Made by a program: the position numbers and the translations under genes
Notes under the pieces: model-generated
Seen by the model: only the letters and a program-made list of their open reading frames with translations
Databases searched by the model: none
What the model was told of the DNA's origin: nothing
Assembly: GCA_964383565.1 (NCBI GenBank)
Contig: CAYLIK010000001.1
Location: forward strand, 1,019 to 65,018
Direction of reading: 5' to 3'
DNA length: 64,000 bases
From: an uncultured Sphingomonadaceae bacterium
Lineage (GTDB): Bacteria > Pseudomonadota > Alphaproteobacteria > Sphingomonadales > Sphingomonadaceae
Shown: positions 18,862 through 28,399 of the stretch, piece after piece
How the letters are laid out: each line of letters opens with the position of its first letter
How positions within the stretch are numbered: the first letter of the stretch is position 1

Positions 18862-21345
18862 TCAGAAGGATTTGGTGACTTGAACCTGGACGGTGCGCGG
18901 CAGCGTTCCGAAGCCGAGCTGATCCGCGTGGATGCCGGCAGGCGTACCAGTGCCACCGCCAGTCGAAGGACCATCCACCACGCCGGTAACATAGAAGCGG
19001 TTGGTCAGGTTCTTGCCGATCAGCGCAACCTGCCAATTCCCGTCCTCGGCACCGAAACGGATCGAGGCGTCCACGTTGACATATTTGCCCTGACGAGAGT
19101 CAAGCTGGTTGAACGCCGAGGCGATGTAGCTGCCGGAGTAGCGGGCATCCACCGAGATACCGAACAGGTTGCTGCCGCCGACAGGCATATCGTAACCGAC
19201 GCCCAGCGTACCGGTCCAGCTTGGTGCGACCGAAAGCGGCTTGCCGGCAAGGTTTTGGAACAGCGCCGTTTGGCCAACGCCCGGCGCCGCTCCGCTTGAA
19301 TTCAGGAAAACGCAGCCTTCGGCGGGCGTCTGACCAGCATAGCAGGGGCCGATGAACTGGGTGTAGCGCGCCCGGTTGTAATTGAGCGAGCCGTGGACAT
19401 TCAGGCCCTGCACCGATCGCGGCGCATATTCGAACTCCAGCTCCACGCCCTTAGTCCGCGCATCAGCGGTGAGCGTCTGGAACGCGAAAATCGGCGAGTT
19501 GAAGAAGTCGACCTGCAGGTTGGTATATTTGTAGCTGTACACGCCGAGGTTCAGGCGAAGCTGACGGTCGAGCAGTGTCGTCTTGATGCCGGCTTCGAAG
19601 CCGCGCGCCTTTTCCGGATCGAAGGTCAGATCGTCGAACGGATTGGCCGAAAGATTGCTGTTGATGCCGCCATTCGAAAAACCGCCCGACTTATAGTTGG
19701 TCTTGAACGCGCCATAGATCATGACATCGTCAGTCGGCTTCCAGCTGATCGTTGCCTCGGGCGACCAATCGTTGAAGGTCTGGTTCGCGGTGACGACGCC
19801 GAGCCCGTCCGCCGCGTCGGCGGGACGGAAGATCGAGGTCACAGCGGCATTGTTATAGGGCTGGGCGAAGTAGCTGTCCTTCGTCTCATGCGTGTAGCGC
19901 ACGCCGCCGGCGAGTTCGACGGCGGGAATCACCTTCCACGTCACCTGGCCGAAGCCCGCGATCGTCTCGCCGTTGGTGAAAGAGGTCTTGCGCGTGCCGA
20001 CATAGCGGTCGGCGGGGGTCTGCGTGCTGTCTTCCACGTTGGCGAGAATGATGAACTGGGAGAAGGTGCGCTTCGTCTTCTGATAATAGAGGCCGGCCAT
20101 CAGGTTGACCGGGCCGTCATAGTTGGTCTGCGCGCGCAGTTCGTTCGAGAAGGCGTGCCAGGTCGAATTCTCGGTCGCCCAGTTGCTGCCGCCAGCGGAC
20201 TGGAAATCGCAGGCGCAAGCCCAGCGGTTGTTATTCCAGTTGTAGTTGGTGACGTTGGTCAGCGTCACGCCCTCGAGGTTCCATGCGAGGGTGTTGGTGA
20301 CCGCGTAGGATTTGTAGCGATTGTAAAGCGATCCGTCCTTCTTCGCATAAGGGAAGACCGCCGCGATATCCGCCGGGATCTTGTTCTGGTGCGTGACGAA
20401 ATTATCACCGCAAGCATAGCCGGTCAGCTGGCTGTCCCCGCCCACGCAATTGAACGCGACATAATTCCAGCTGTTGTTGTTGACCTTGTTATAGGCCCCG
20501 GAAATCTTGAGCGTGTTGGTGATATCGCTGGTTGGTTCCCACTTAAGCGTGACACGGCCGAGCAGTTCCTTCTCCCCCGGCGCTTCGCGCGGGGACGGAT
20601 TGGAGATGTGGTCGGTCGTGGTTCCAGTTGCGATGTCGATGGTGGTGAAGGTGAACGGATCGGCCACATTCTTGTAATAACCGCCGTACATCTTGGAACC
20701 GCGCAGCGCGACGCGGATGCCGAGCGTGTCGGTCAGCGGCGTGGAGCCGATGATCTCGCCCTGAATCTGTTGCGACCTGAATTCATAAGCCGCGCGCGTC
20801 AGGATCTCGGTCCTGTCGGACGGATCGGCGGTGGTGAGGGAGATCAGGCCGGCGGTCGCGTTCTTGCCGAAGAAGAGCGCTTGCGGCCCCTTAAGGATTT
20901 CGGCGCGGGCCAGATCGAAAAAGCCTTCGTTGATGATGCGTCCCTGGCCGTAATAGACGCCGTCAACCACGGTCGCGACCGACTGTTCGATGCCGATCGA
21001 GGTTGAGGATGAACCGATGCCGCGCATCGTCATCTGCGCGCCGGAGCCATTAGACGCGCGACCGACGGTGAATGACGGAGTCGCGGCCGCGATCTTCTCA
21101 AGGCTGGTGAGGTCGCGTTGCTTGATGGTCGCAGCCGAAATCGCCGAAACCGCGACCGGCACGGTCTGAACGCTTTCGACCCGCTTACGTGCGGTGACAA
21201 CGATATCCTCGATACCGCCTTGCTGCGCCTCGGTCACGGGCGCAGCAGGGGCTACGTCCTGAGCATGTGCGACACCGCAAGATAACCCTATCACAAGAGC
21301 CAATATGCTGACAGAAAAACCGTGACGTGCGCTGGTAGCGGACAT
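18862..21345 (-). CDS. TonB-dependent receptor
   Basis: 827 aa. Signal peptide ending AHAQD, plug region IVVTARKRVESVQTVPVAVSAI, beta-barrel repeats and terminal Phe (VQVTKSF). RBS GGAGGAAG. Confidence 0.9.
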   Translation of the reverse strand: MSATSARHGFSVSILALVIGLSCGVAHAQDVAPAAPVTEAQQGGIEDIVVTARKRVESVQTVPVAVSAISAATIKQRDLTSLEKIAAATPSFTVGRASNGSGAQMTMRGIGSSSTSIGIEQSVATVVDGVYYGQGRIINEGFFDLARAEILKGPQALFFGKNATAGLISLTTADPSDRTEILTRAAYEFRSQQIQGEIIGSTPLTDTLGIRVALRGSKMYGGYYKNVADPFTFTTIDIATGTTTDHISNPSPREAPGEKELLGRVTLKWEPTSDITNTLKISGAYNKVNNNSWNYVAFNCVGGDSQLTGYACGDNFVTHQNKIPADIAAVFPYAKKDGSLYNRYKSYAVTNTLAWNLEGVTLTNVTNYNWNNNRWACACDFQSAGGSNWATENSTWHAFSNELRAQTNYDGPVNLMAGLYYQKTKRTFSQFIILANVEDSTQTPADRYVGTRKTSFTNGETIAGFGQVTWKVIPAVELAGGVRYTHETKDSYFAQPYNNAAVTSIFRPADAADGLGVVTANQTFNDWSPEATISWKPTDDVMIYGAFKTNYKSGGFSNGGINSNLSANPFDDLTFDPEKARGFEAGIKTTLLDRQLRLNLGVYSYKYTNLQVDFFNSPIFAFQTLTADARTKGVELEFEYAPRSVQGLNVHGSLNYNRARYTQFIGPCYAGQTPAEGCVFLNSSGAAPGVGQTALFQNLAGKPLSVAPSWTGTLGVGYDMPVGGSNLFGISVDARYSGSYIASAFNQLDSRQGKYVNVDASIRFGAEDGNWQVALIGKNLTNRFYVTGVVDGPSTGGGTGTPAGIHADQLGFGTLPRTVQVQVTKSF

Positions 21346-21422
21346 AACTTCCTCCCCTAAAGAGCTTTATGCTTCCGCGACCCATTATCGTTTTGAAAGA
21401 AACGCGACCCCTACGACATTTG

Positions 21423-21433
21423 ACAGGTGCGAC
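21423..21433 (+). promoter_or_regulatory. conserved 11-mer ACAGGTGCGAC upstream of the MDR reductase gene (copy 1)
   Basis: The identical 11-mer occurs at 25721-25731. Both copies end exactly 39 nt before the ATG of paralogous reductase genes, and both sit in a divergent region shared with a TonB-dependent receptor gene. Confidence 0.35.
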
Positions 21434-21472
21434 TATAATCCTTGGAACGCCATTTGGTTGCAGGAGAAACCC

Positions 21473-22483
21473 ATGCCCGAGAACAGATACTGGCAGCTTG
21501 ACGATCATCCGCACGGCAATGATTTCGCCGCGGCCTTTTCATTGCAGCACGAACCGATCCCTGAACCGGATGCGGGACAGGTGCTGGTCCGCAACAGCTG
21601 GCTGTCGATGGACGCCGGCACGCGCATGTGGATCACGCCGCGCACCGACGGCTATCAACCGCCGCTGCCGCTTGGATCGAAGATGGTCGGGCTGTGCCTT
21701 GGCCATGTCGTCGCCTCGCGCGATCCGAATTTCGCGGAGGGCGACCTCGTCCGCTGTTTCGGCCAGTGGGCGGATTATGCACTGGTCGATCCGGCACTAT
21801 CCGGGCTGGTCAAGGTTGATGCAAAGGTCGAAGATATCCGCCAGCATTTCGGTGTGCTGGGCCTGAATGCCCTCACCGCCTGGGCCGGGCTAGTGGAGGT
21901 CGCGCGGATCAAACCGGGCGAGACCGTGCTCGTTTCGGCGGCGGCGGGCGCGACCGGATCGCTTGCCTGTCAGATCGCGCGCAATCTCGGCGCCACCGTG
22001 ATCGGAATCGCGGGCGGGCCGAAGAAGTGCCGCCATCTTATCGAAGACCTCTGCATCTCGCAGGCGATCGATTACAAGAATGACGATGTTGGAAAGGCGC
22101 TCAGCGAAGTGCCCGGCGGCATTCACGCCTATTTCGATAATGTCGGCGGGCCGATGCTTGATGCCGCACTGCCCAACATGGCGCATTATGGCCGCATCGC
22201 AATCTGTGGGCTGGTCGCCACCTATGACAGCGATGCGCCGACACCCGGCGCCGCGCGATTTGATCAGGTTCTGATGCGCCGGCTGACGATCACCGGCTTC
22301 TTCCTGCCCGACTTCCTCGACCGTGCGGCCAGCTACCTGCCAAGGCTCCGCGAATGGCTGGACAACGGCAAGCTCAGGATGCGCTTCGACGAAACCAAAG
22401 GTCTTGAAAATACGCTTTCCGCTTATGCGGGGATGCTGACGGGGCGCAACATCGGCAAGGTGATCGTGGACGTCCGCGGCTGA
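21473..22483 (+). CDS. NADP-dependent MDR oxidoreductase (PTGR1/YncB-type)
   Basis: ORF 21458..22483 trimmed to ATG 21473 behind CAGGAGAAA. Nucleotide motif VSAAAGATGSLACQIARNLGATVIGIAGGPKK. Confidence 0.8.
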   Translation: MPENRYWQLDDHPHGNDFAAAFSLQHEPIPEPDAGQVLVRNSWLSMDAGTRMWITPRTDGYQPPLPLGSKMVGLCLGHVVASRDPNFAEGDLVRCFGQWADYALVDPALSGLVKVDAKVEDIRQHFGVLGLNALTAWAGLVEVARIKPGETVLVSAAAGATGSLACQIARNLGATVIGIAGGPKKCRHLIEDLCISQAIDYKNDDVGKALSEVPGGIHAYFDNVGGPMLDAALPNMAHYGRIAICGLVATYDSDAPTPGAARFDQVLMRRLTITGFFLPDFLDRAASYLPRLREWLDNGKLRMRFDETKGLENTLSAYAGMLTGRNIGKVIVDVRG

Positions 22484-23268
22484 TGCCGACGATCGACTAT
22501 CGCGCGCCGATCCAGTGCCTCGTGGCCGTGCGCGGGCATCCCTTCGATCGCACCGCCTTCGACGCGATGTTTCAAGCGATGGAGGGCATCTCAGCCACGA
22601 TGGTCGATCAGCCCGCCGCAGCCCGGCTGATGAATCCGGACGGGATGCGCGGTTTCGACGCGCTGGTGCTGTACGACATGCCAGGGCTTGATTTCGCGGC
22701 GGAGGCTAATGCGCCCGTTTATGTCGAGCCTGATCCTGAACTGAAGACAGGATTGGAAGCCCTGCTGCGGCAGGGGACAGGCGTTGTCGCCTTGCATCAC
22801 GCCTTGGCGGGGTGGCCAGTTTGGCGCGACTATGGCGACTGGATCGGAGGACGCTTCTTCTATCATCCGCATGGCTCCTGCCTCGATTCAGGCTATGCGC
22901 ATGATGTCCGGTACGAAGCCGAGATCGTCGCCGATCATCCCGTAACGACCGGACTACCGCCGCGTTTCGAGCTGGTCGACGAACCCTATCTGGCCCAGAT
23001 CTTCGAGGCCGACGTCACCCCGCTGCTTCGCAGCAGCGCAACCTATACGCGCGATCATTTCTTTTCGGCGGAGGCCGCCGTTGCCGGGCGCATGTATGAC
23101 CGGAAAGGCTGGGATCATCCTCCCGGATCGAATCTGATCGGCTGGACGAAACAGGCCCTGAACAGCCGGCTGGTCTATCTCCAGCCCGGCGATGGTCCCG
23201 CCGCTTACGACAATCCCAACTACAGGCAGCTCGTCGAGAATGCGATCCGCTGGGTTGCGCTCCCATAA
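22483..23268 (+). CDS. ThuA-like domain protein
   Basis: VVALHHALAGWPVWRDYGDWIGGRF...ADHPVTTGLPPRFELVDEPY...LVENAIRWVA matches the ThuA-domain layout. Its start shares one nt with the upstream stop (TGATG). Confidence 0.6.
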   Translation: MPTIDYRAPIQCLVAVRGHPFDRTAFDAMFQAMEGISATMVDQPAAARLMNPDGMRGFDALVLYDMPGLDFAAEANAPVYVEPDPELKTGLEALLRQGTGVVALHHALAGWPVWRDYGDWIGGRFFYHPHGSCLDSGYAHDVRYEAEIVADHPVTTGLPPRFELVDEPYLAQIFEADVTPLLRSSATYTRDHFFSAEAAVAGRMYDRKGWDHPPGSNLIGWTKQALNSRLVYLQPGDGPAAYDNPNYRQLVENAIRWVALP

Positions 23269-23273
23269 AAAGA

Positions 23274-23301
23274 GGCCGCAATCGTTTTACCGATCGCGGC
23301 C
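23274..23301 (-). terminator. terminator hairpin downstream of the receptor gene
   Basis: GGCCGCAATCG-TTTTAC-CGATCGCGGCC (one mismatch). On the minus strand it is followed by CTCTTTTT. Confidence 0.5.
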
Positions 23302-23325
23302 CAAGCGCTTACCCATTTTACCCGT

Positions 23326-25635
23326 TCAGAACTTCACGCCGATCGTCGCGCCATAGGTGCGCGGTTCAAGCGCCATGCCGAATGACCACAGCCCGGCGAC
23401 CGTGAAGGCGTGGGTCGTCGTGCGCTCATCCAAAAGGTTACGTGCGAACACGCGGAAGTAGGCGTCCGTGTTGTCGAGCGTGAAGTTGAAGGTCAGGGCC
23501 GCATCGACAAGATCCTGCGTGGTGGTGCGCACGCGCGGATCGTTACCGTTGACCGTGACGCTGGTCACGTTGCCCAATCCGTCTGTGACGGGGGTCAGGG
23601 AGGCAGCGGACAACTGTTCGTCATACGGGCTGATGTGGCGCCAGCCGATATTTGCGCTGACCTTGCCGAAGCTCGTCGGCACCGAATAGTCGGCCGCGAT
23701 CGAACCGGTGAACTTGGGCGCATAGATCAGACGGTTAGCCGAATAATCGAACGGTACGATCGCAGTACCAAGAACGCCGTTGGCAACGAAATTGCGGAAG
23801 TGCGACTTCATGTACGCGACCGAACCGGTGATCTTGAAATTTGACGTGATGCGCAGCGAGCCGTCCATCTCGATGCCCTTGATTGAGGCGCCGCCAGGTA
23901 CGTTGCCGGTAATCGTCTGATTGCCCGTGGGACCACCGGGCACCGTCAGATTCTGCTGCATGTCCTTGTAATCGGATACATAGCCGGCGAGATTGATCTG
24001 CAGTCGGCGGTCGAGCAGATCGAACTTTGCGCCAATTTCATAGGAGTCGACGGTTTCGGGCCGGAATGGCGTGCTGGCCGTGTCAGCCGTTGCGGCGCGC
24101 GGGCTGAAACCGCCCGAACGATAGCCGCGCGACCAGCTGGCGTAGACCATCATGTCGCTGTTCGGCCGATAGTCGATGCCGACCTTGGGTGTGAACTTGC
24201 TGAAGCTGGCATTGCCCGTGCCGACTGGCACGAACTGGCTGGCGCTGACATTGCTCGGATCGATCAGCTTGCCCCCGGCAAAGCCGTTGAAGAGCCTCTT
24301 TTTGTCATGGCTCCAGCGGCCGCCGAACGACAGACGAAACCCGTCGGCGAAGGCCCAGTTGAAGTCGCCGAAGAAAGCATAGCTCTTGGTCTTGCCTTCG
24401 ACATGCTGGGAATTCAGGTCGAACAGCGTTGGCGGCGTATTGGGATCGAAACCGAACACGCGCGACCATTGGGTTAGATCATATTTCGAACTGAAATAAT
24501 ATCCGCCCACGACATAGTCGAGCCCTTCAAAAAACTTGCCCGAAGCGCGCAGTTCCTGGCTCCACTGCGTGTAGTGCTGGCGGCGATCGACATAATAGAG
24601 ATCGGTCGACGATCCGTCGAAATCCTGGGTCTGACCTTCTTTTGTATGCCGCCAGCCTGTAATCGACGTCAGCTTTATGACGTCGAGATCATAGTTCATC
24701 TGCAGCGTGGCGTCGGGAGCGCGATACTTGCTGCTCGCAGCCGCGCCGAACGTCGTGTAGAGGTCCTTCCGGGTATTCCGATTGCATTCGTTCGCCGGCT
24801 CGAAAGCGCAAAACGCCTCGCCGGTCTTGGCGATGTTGCTGACCACCGGATCGAACTTCTGAACGACCTGCTGAAGCGTCAGCTGGGCGTCAAAGCCCGA
24901 GCCCGCCGGTTTGAACAACAGGCTGCCGCCATAGGTGTCGCCATTGCTCCAGCCCGCGCTCACATTGCGCGTGACGTTCTTGTAATAGCCGTCGGATTCG
25001 TTGTGGAAATAGAACAGCTTGATGCCCCAGGTGGCGCCATCGCCATAGTTGGCGACCGCCTTGCCGCTCCAGCTGTTCCAGCGCCCGTAGGTCAGCTCAG
25101 CCTTGAGGCCCGGCTCCATGGTCGGCTTGGTCCGCGTGATGTTGATGACGCCGCCGATCGTGTTCGCGCCGAAGAGCGTGCCTTGAGGGCCGCGCAACAC
25201 TTCGATCTGGGCGATGTCGAAGGCATCCTGCAACTGGCCGGTGTTGGTGCCGATGGTGACGCCATCGACCACGACGCCCACGGTTGGGGTCTGCGACTTT
25301 TCGATGTCGGCATAGGTCAGGCCGCGGATCGAGATGTTGGCCGCCTGAGCGCCAGAATTCTGCTGGGTGATGAGCAGGCCCGGTGCGGCGCCCTGAAGAT
25401 CGCCGATGTTCACCGCCGCCTTGGCTTCGAGCATGGCCGTGTTGACGGCGGTGATCGCAACCGGCGTCGTCTGCAGCGTTTCGTCGCGGCGGCGGGCGGT
25501 AACGATGATGTCATTCACATCGCCGGTATCCGCGGCGGGTGCGGGCGCAGCTTCCTGCGCATAAACTGGTGTGATGGAAACAAGCGACGTGGTCGCGAGC
25601 GCCATAGCCATGGCGCCCCTCATCGAAGCCTTCAT
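23326..25635 (-). CDS. TonB-dependent receptor
   Basis: 769 aa. Signal peptide ending VYAQEA, plug IIVTARRRDETLQTTPVAITAV and terminal Phe (IGVKF). RBS GGGGAGGA. Confidence 0.9.
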   Translation of the reverse strand: MKASMRGAMAMALATTSLVSITPVYAQEAAPAPAADTGDVNDIIVTARRRDETLQTTPVAITAVNTAMLEAKAAVNIGDLQGAAPGLLITQQNSGAQAANISIRGLTYADIEKSQTPTVGVVVDGVTIGTNTGQLQDAFDIAQIEVLRGPQGTLFGANTIGGVINITRTKPTMEPGLKAELTYGRWNSWSGKAVANYGDGATWGIKLFYFHNESDGYYKNVTRNVSAGWSNGDTYGGSLLFKPAGSGFDAQLTLQQVVQKFDPVVSNIAKTGEAFCAFEPANECNRNTRKDLYTTFGAAASSKYRAPDATLQMNYDLDVIKLTSITGWRHTKEGQTQDFDGSSTDLYYVDRRQHYTQWSQELRASGKFFEGLDYVVGGYYFSSKYDLTQWSRVFGFDPNTPPTLFDLNSQHVEGKTKSYAFFGDFNWAFADGFRLSFGGRWSHDKKRLFNGFAGGKLIDPSNVSASQFVPVGTGNASFSKFTPKVGIDYRPNSDMMVYASWSRGYRSGGFSPRAATADTASTPFRPETVDSYEIGAKFDLLDRRLQINLAGYVSDYKDMQQNLTVPGGPTGNQTITGNVPGGASIKGIEMDGSLRITSNFKITGSVAYMKSHFRNFVANGVLGTAIVPFDYSANRLIYAPKFTGSIAADYSVPTSFGKVSANIGWRHISPYDEQLSAASLTPVTDGLGNVTSVTVNGNDPRVRTTTQDLVDAALTFNFTLDNTDAYFRVFARNLLDERTTTHAFTVAGLWSFGMALEPRTYGATIGVKF

Positions 25636-25720
25636 TAAATCCTCCCCTGTTCGAGCGTTCTGCCCCTGACAGTAGGGTTATACTCAATCGGTCAGCGCAT
25701 TTTGCGAACTGCCACTTGTT

Positions 25721-25731
25721 ACAGGTGCGAC
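25721..25731 (+). promoter_or_regulatory. conserved 11-mer ACAGGTGCGAC upstream of the MDR reductase gene (copy 2)
   Basis: Identical to 21423-21433. It has the same 39-nt distance to the ATG at 25771. Confidence 0.35.
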
Positions 25732-25770
25732 ATTTTTGCCGCATGCGAAGTAGAAATGAAGGAGAGAAGC

Positions 25771-26784
25771 ATGTCCGCCAATCGTCGTTTCTTGCTCGCG
25801 CGTCGTCCCACCGGCGATCCGGTTCCCGAAGATTTCCAGATCGTCAGCGAGAATATTCCGACTCCTTCGCCGGGCAGCTTCATCATGCGCAATCATTATA
25901 TATCGCTCGATCCCGCGCAGCGCGGGTGGATGGCTGATGAGCCAAGCTACATGCCGCCGATCCCGCTGGGCGATCCTGTGCGGGCGACTACGGTGGGCGT
26001 CGTCCATGCCTCGGCCAATCCGGATTTTTCTCCCGGAGACTGGGTGCTCGGCCTCAATGCGATCGAGGATTATTCAGTTGTCGCGCCCGGCGGCTTCACC
26101 ATGAAGGTTGATACGACGATCGTTGATTCACCAACGAAGTTCCTGTCGGCAATGGGCGCGGTTGGCCTGACTGCTTATTTTGGTCTGCTCGTGGATGGTC
26201 AGCCAAAGCCCGGCGATACGCTGCTCGTCTCGGGCGCGGCAGGTGCCGTCGGATCAGCGGTCGGGCAGATTGGCAAGATCAAGGGCTGCCGCGTGATCGG
26301 TATCGCCGGCGGTGCCGAAAAATGCCGCCGGCTGATTGACGATTACGGCTTCGACGTGGCGATCGATTATCGCGGCAAGAGCGTCGACCAACTCTCCGCC
26401 GAGATCCGGGCGGCGGCGCCGGACGGCGCGAATATCGTGTTCGAGAATGTCGGCGGCACCGTATTGGATGCCGAGCTGATGAATCTGGCGCTGCACGCGC
26501 GCATCATCCTGTGCGGAATGATCAGCGAATATAACAGCCGGGAAAAGGTCGGCGCGCGCAACCTGTGGCAAATCCTTGTCAAATGCGCGACGCTCAAAGG
26601 GTTCCTCGTTGCCGAGCATGTGCCGCAATTCGCCGAAGCGGGTGTGCAGATGGCGCAATGGATCAGCGAAGGCCGGCTCCACATCGACGAGGATGTGCAG
26701 GAAGGCTTCGAAAACGCCTATCCGGCGTTCATGCGGCTCTTCTCGGGCGCCAACACCGGCAAGCTGATCCTCAAGATCGCTTGA
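25771..26784 (+). CDS. NADP-dependent MDR oxidoreductase (PTGR1/YncB-type)
   Basis: ORF 25702..26784 trimmed to Met24 behind AAGGAGAG. Nucleotide motif VSGAAGAVGSAVGQIGKIKGCRVIGIAGGAEK. Confidence 0.8.
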   Translation: MSANRRFLLARRPTGDPVPEDFQIVSENIPTPSPGSFIMRNHYISLDPAQRGWMADEPSYMPPIPLGDPVRATTVGVVHASANPDFSPGDWVLGLNAIEDYSVVAPGGFTMKVDTTIVDSPTKFLSAMGAVGLTAYFGLLVDGQPKPGDTLLVSGAAGAVGSAVGQIGKIKGCRVIGIAGGAEKCRRLIDDYGFDVAIDYRGKSVDQLSAEIRAAAPDGANIVFENVGGTVLDAELMNLALHARIILCGMISEYNSREKVGARNLWQILVKCATLKGFLVAEHVPQFAEAGVQMAQWISEGRLHIDEDVQEGFENAYPAFMRLFSGANTGKLILKIA

Positions 26785-26799
26785 GGGGCCGACCCAAAG

Positions 26800-27246
26800 T
26801 CAGGCTTCGTGTAGCTGGCCGAGTATGGCGGGCAGAGGCATCAGCGGCTTTTCGTAGAATTTTCTGATCTTCCAGCCTTGCGCCGTGCGTCTGCAATCGA
26901 TCTCGTAATCGACATAAACCAGCACACTGCTCCCATCGCCAGCATTGCCCATGCCCATCACGTAGCAACGGATCGCGGCCTCATCGCCTTCCAGCCGCTG
27001 CACGATGAAATTGGTCATATAGTGGGCGTGATGCGTCATCATCTCGAACACGCCTTCATAAAAGGCGCGGATTTCCCGATGGCCGCTTATGCTCGGCAGG
27101 CCGATCGGGGAAAGGTCGCAAATCGCGTCTTCCGTGAACAGGCTGACAAGCCCATCGACATCACCGAGCTTGTCGACCGCGAAACAATAAGACGTCACCA
27201 GATCCTGCAGCGCGAACCTGTCCTCCGTTGAAATTCTGTCGGTCAT
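26800..27246 (-). CDS. NTF2-like (SnoaL_4-type) protein
   Basis: 148 aa, starting MTDRISTEDRFALQDLVTSYCFAVDKLGDVDGLVSLF. RBS GGGAGGA. Confidence 0.6.
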   Translation of the reverse strand: MTDRISTEDRFALQDLVTSYCFAVDKLGDVDGLVSLFTEDAICDLSPIGLPSISGHREIRAFYEGVFEMMTHHAHYMTNFIVQRLEGDEAAIRCYVMGMGNAGDGSSVLVYVDYEIDCRRTAQGWKIRKFYEKPLMPLPAILGQLHEA

Positions 27247-27328
27247 CGCATCCTCCCTCGACCCGCCACTCTAGCGTGCCGGCAGGCAGGCGGTGGCTAC
27301 GACTTTGGCTAGGACGCAGCGACGCCGG

Positions 27329-28399
27329 TCAGGCTCCGGCGCGCTTGGCCTGATCCCAGGCGAGAGCAGCCAGTTCGGGGAAGGTACTGACCCGCTCCCG
27401 TGCCTGGGCAGAGGCGGCGGTGCCACGAAGGACGCGTCCCTTGATGCCATGAAAGATGGCGGCCATGCGAAAGAAGTTGAACGCCACATAAAAGTCGTAG
27501 CCCGGCATCGCACTAATGCCCATCCGGCGGCAATATGCCGCGAGATATTCTTCCTCGGACGGAATGCTGAGCGCCGCGAGATCGGCGCCCGCAAGCCCCG
27601 CCACGATATGCGGCGGCATCCGGTACATCATCGCATGATAGGCGAAATCCGCGAACGGATGTCCGAGCGTGGACAACTCCCAGTCGAGCACCGCGAGCAC
27701 ACGCGGCTCGGTCGGATGGAAGATCATGTTGTCGATACGGAAATCGCCATGCACGACCGAGCTGCGCTCGCCATCGTCGGGAATATTGGCCGGCAGCCAT
27801 TCGATTAGCCGGTCCATGTTCGGATCGCGCCCGGCCTCGGCATCGCCGAGATACTGGTCGGTCCAGCGCTTGATCTGCCGCTCGAAATAATTGCCGGGGC
27901 GGCCATAGTCGCCAAGCCCGATCGCCTCGGGATCAAGGCGGTGCAGTTGCGCCATGGCGGCGTTCATCGCATTGAAATAGGCTGGGCGATCGGCGCTGCT
28001 CACTTCCGGAATGGCGGCGTCCCAGAAGATGCGTCCCTCTACCATGTCCATGACATAGAACCAGGTGCCGATGACGCTGTCGTCCGTGCACAGGCCATGG
28101 ACATGGGCGACGGGGAAACCGGCCCTGCCGAGCGCCGAGAGCACCTTGGCCTCGCGCTCTACGGCATGCGCGCCCTTGAGCAATTCCCCAGGTGGCTTCC
28201 GGCGCAGCACATAGGCATGGCCGGGCGTGACCAGTTTGTAGGTGGGGTTGGACTGGCCGCCCTTGAACTGCTCGACAGTCAGCGGCCCGGCGAAACCGGC
28301 GACGTTGGCGTCCATCCAGCGCGCCAGCGAGACCTCGTCAAAGGCATAGCCTTCGCGCACCGGAGTGGTGCCGACATTGGCGTTGGGATCGGCGCTCAT
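27329..28399 (-). CDS. APH-type phosphotransferase family protein (ACAD10/11 N-domain-like, LvaA-like)
   Basis: ORF trimmed to Met17, whose ATG overlaps the ACAD stop (ATGA at 28396-28399). Catalytic loop VVHGDFRIDNMIF and AVLDWELSTLGHP. Confidence 0.75.
   Translation of the reverse strand: MSADPNANVGTTPVREGYAFDEVSLARWMDANVAGFAGPLTVEQFKGGQSNPTYKLVTPGHAYVLRRKPPGELLKGAHAVEREAKVLSALGRAGFPVAHVHGLCTDDSVIGTWFYVMDMVEGRIFWDAAIPEVSSADRPAYFNAMNAAMAQLHRLDPEAIGLGDYGRPGNYFERQIKRWTDQYLGDAEAGRDPNMDRLIEWLPANIPDDGERSSVVHGDFRIDNMIFHPTEPRVLAVLDWELSTLGHPFADFAYHAMMYRMPPHIVAGLAGADLAALSIPSEEEYLAAYCRRMGISAMPGYDFYVAFNFFRMAAIFHGIKGRVLRGTAASAQARERVSTFPELAALAWDQAKRAGA

Noticed and set aside
21420-21439. TTGACA followed by TATAAT, which looks like a textbook sigma-70 promoter upstream of the reductase gene.
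   Set aside because: The two hexamers are separated by only 8 nt rather than about 17, so they cannot function together as -35 and -10. The conserved 11-mer that spans them is reported as a candidate operator instead.
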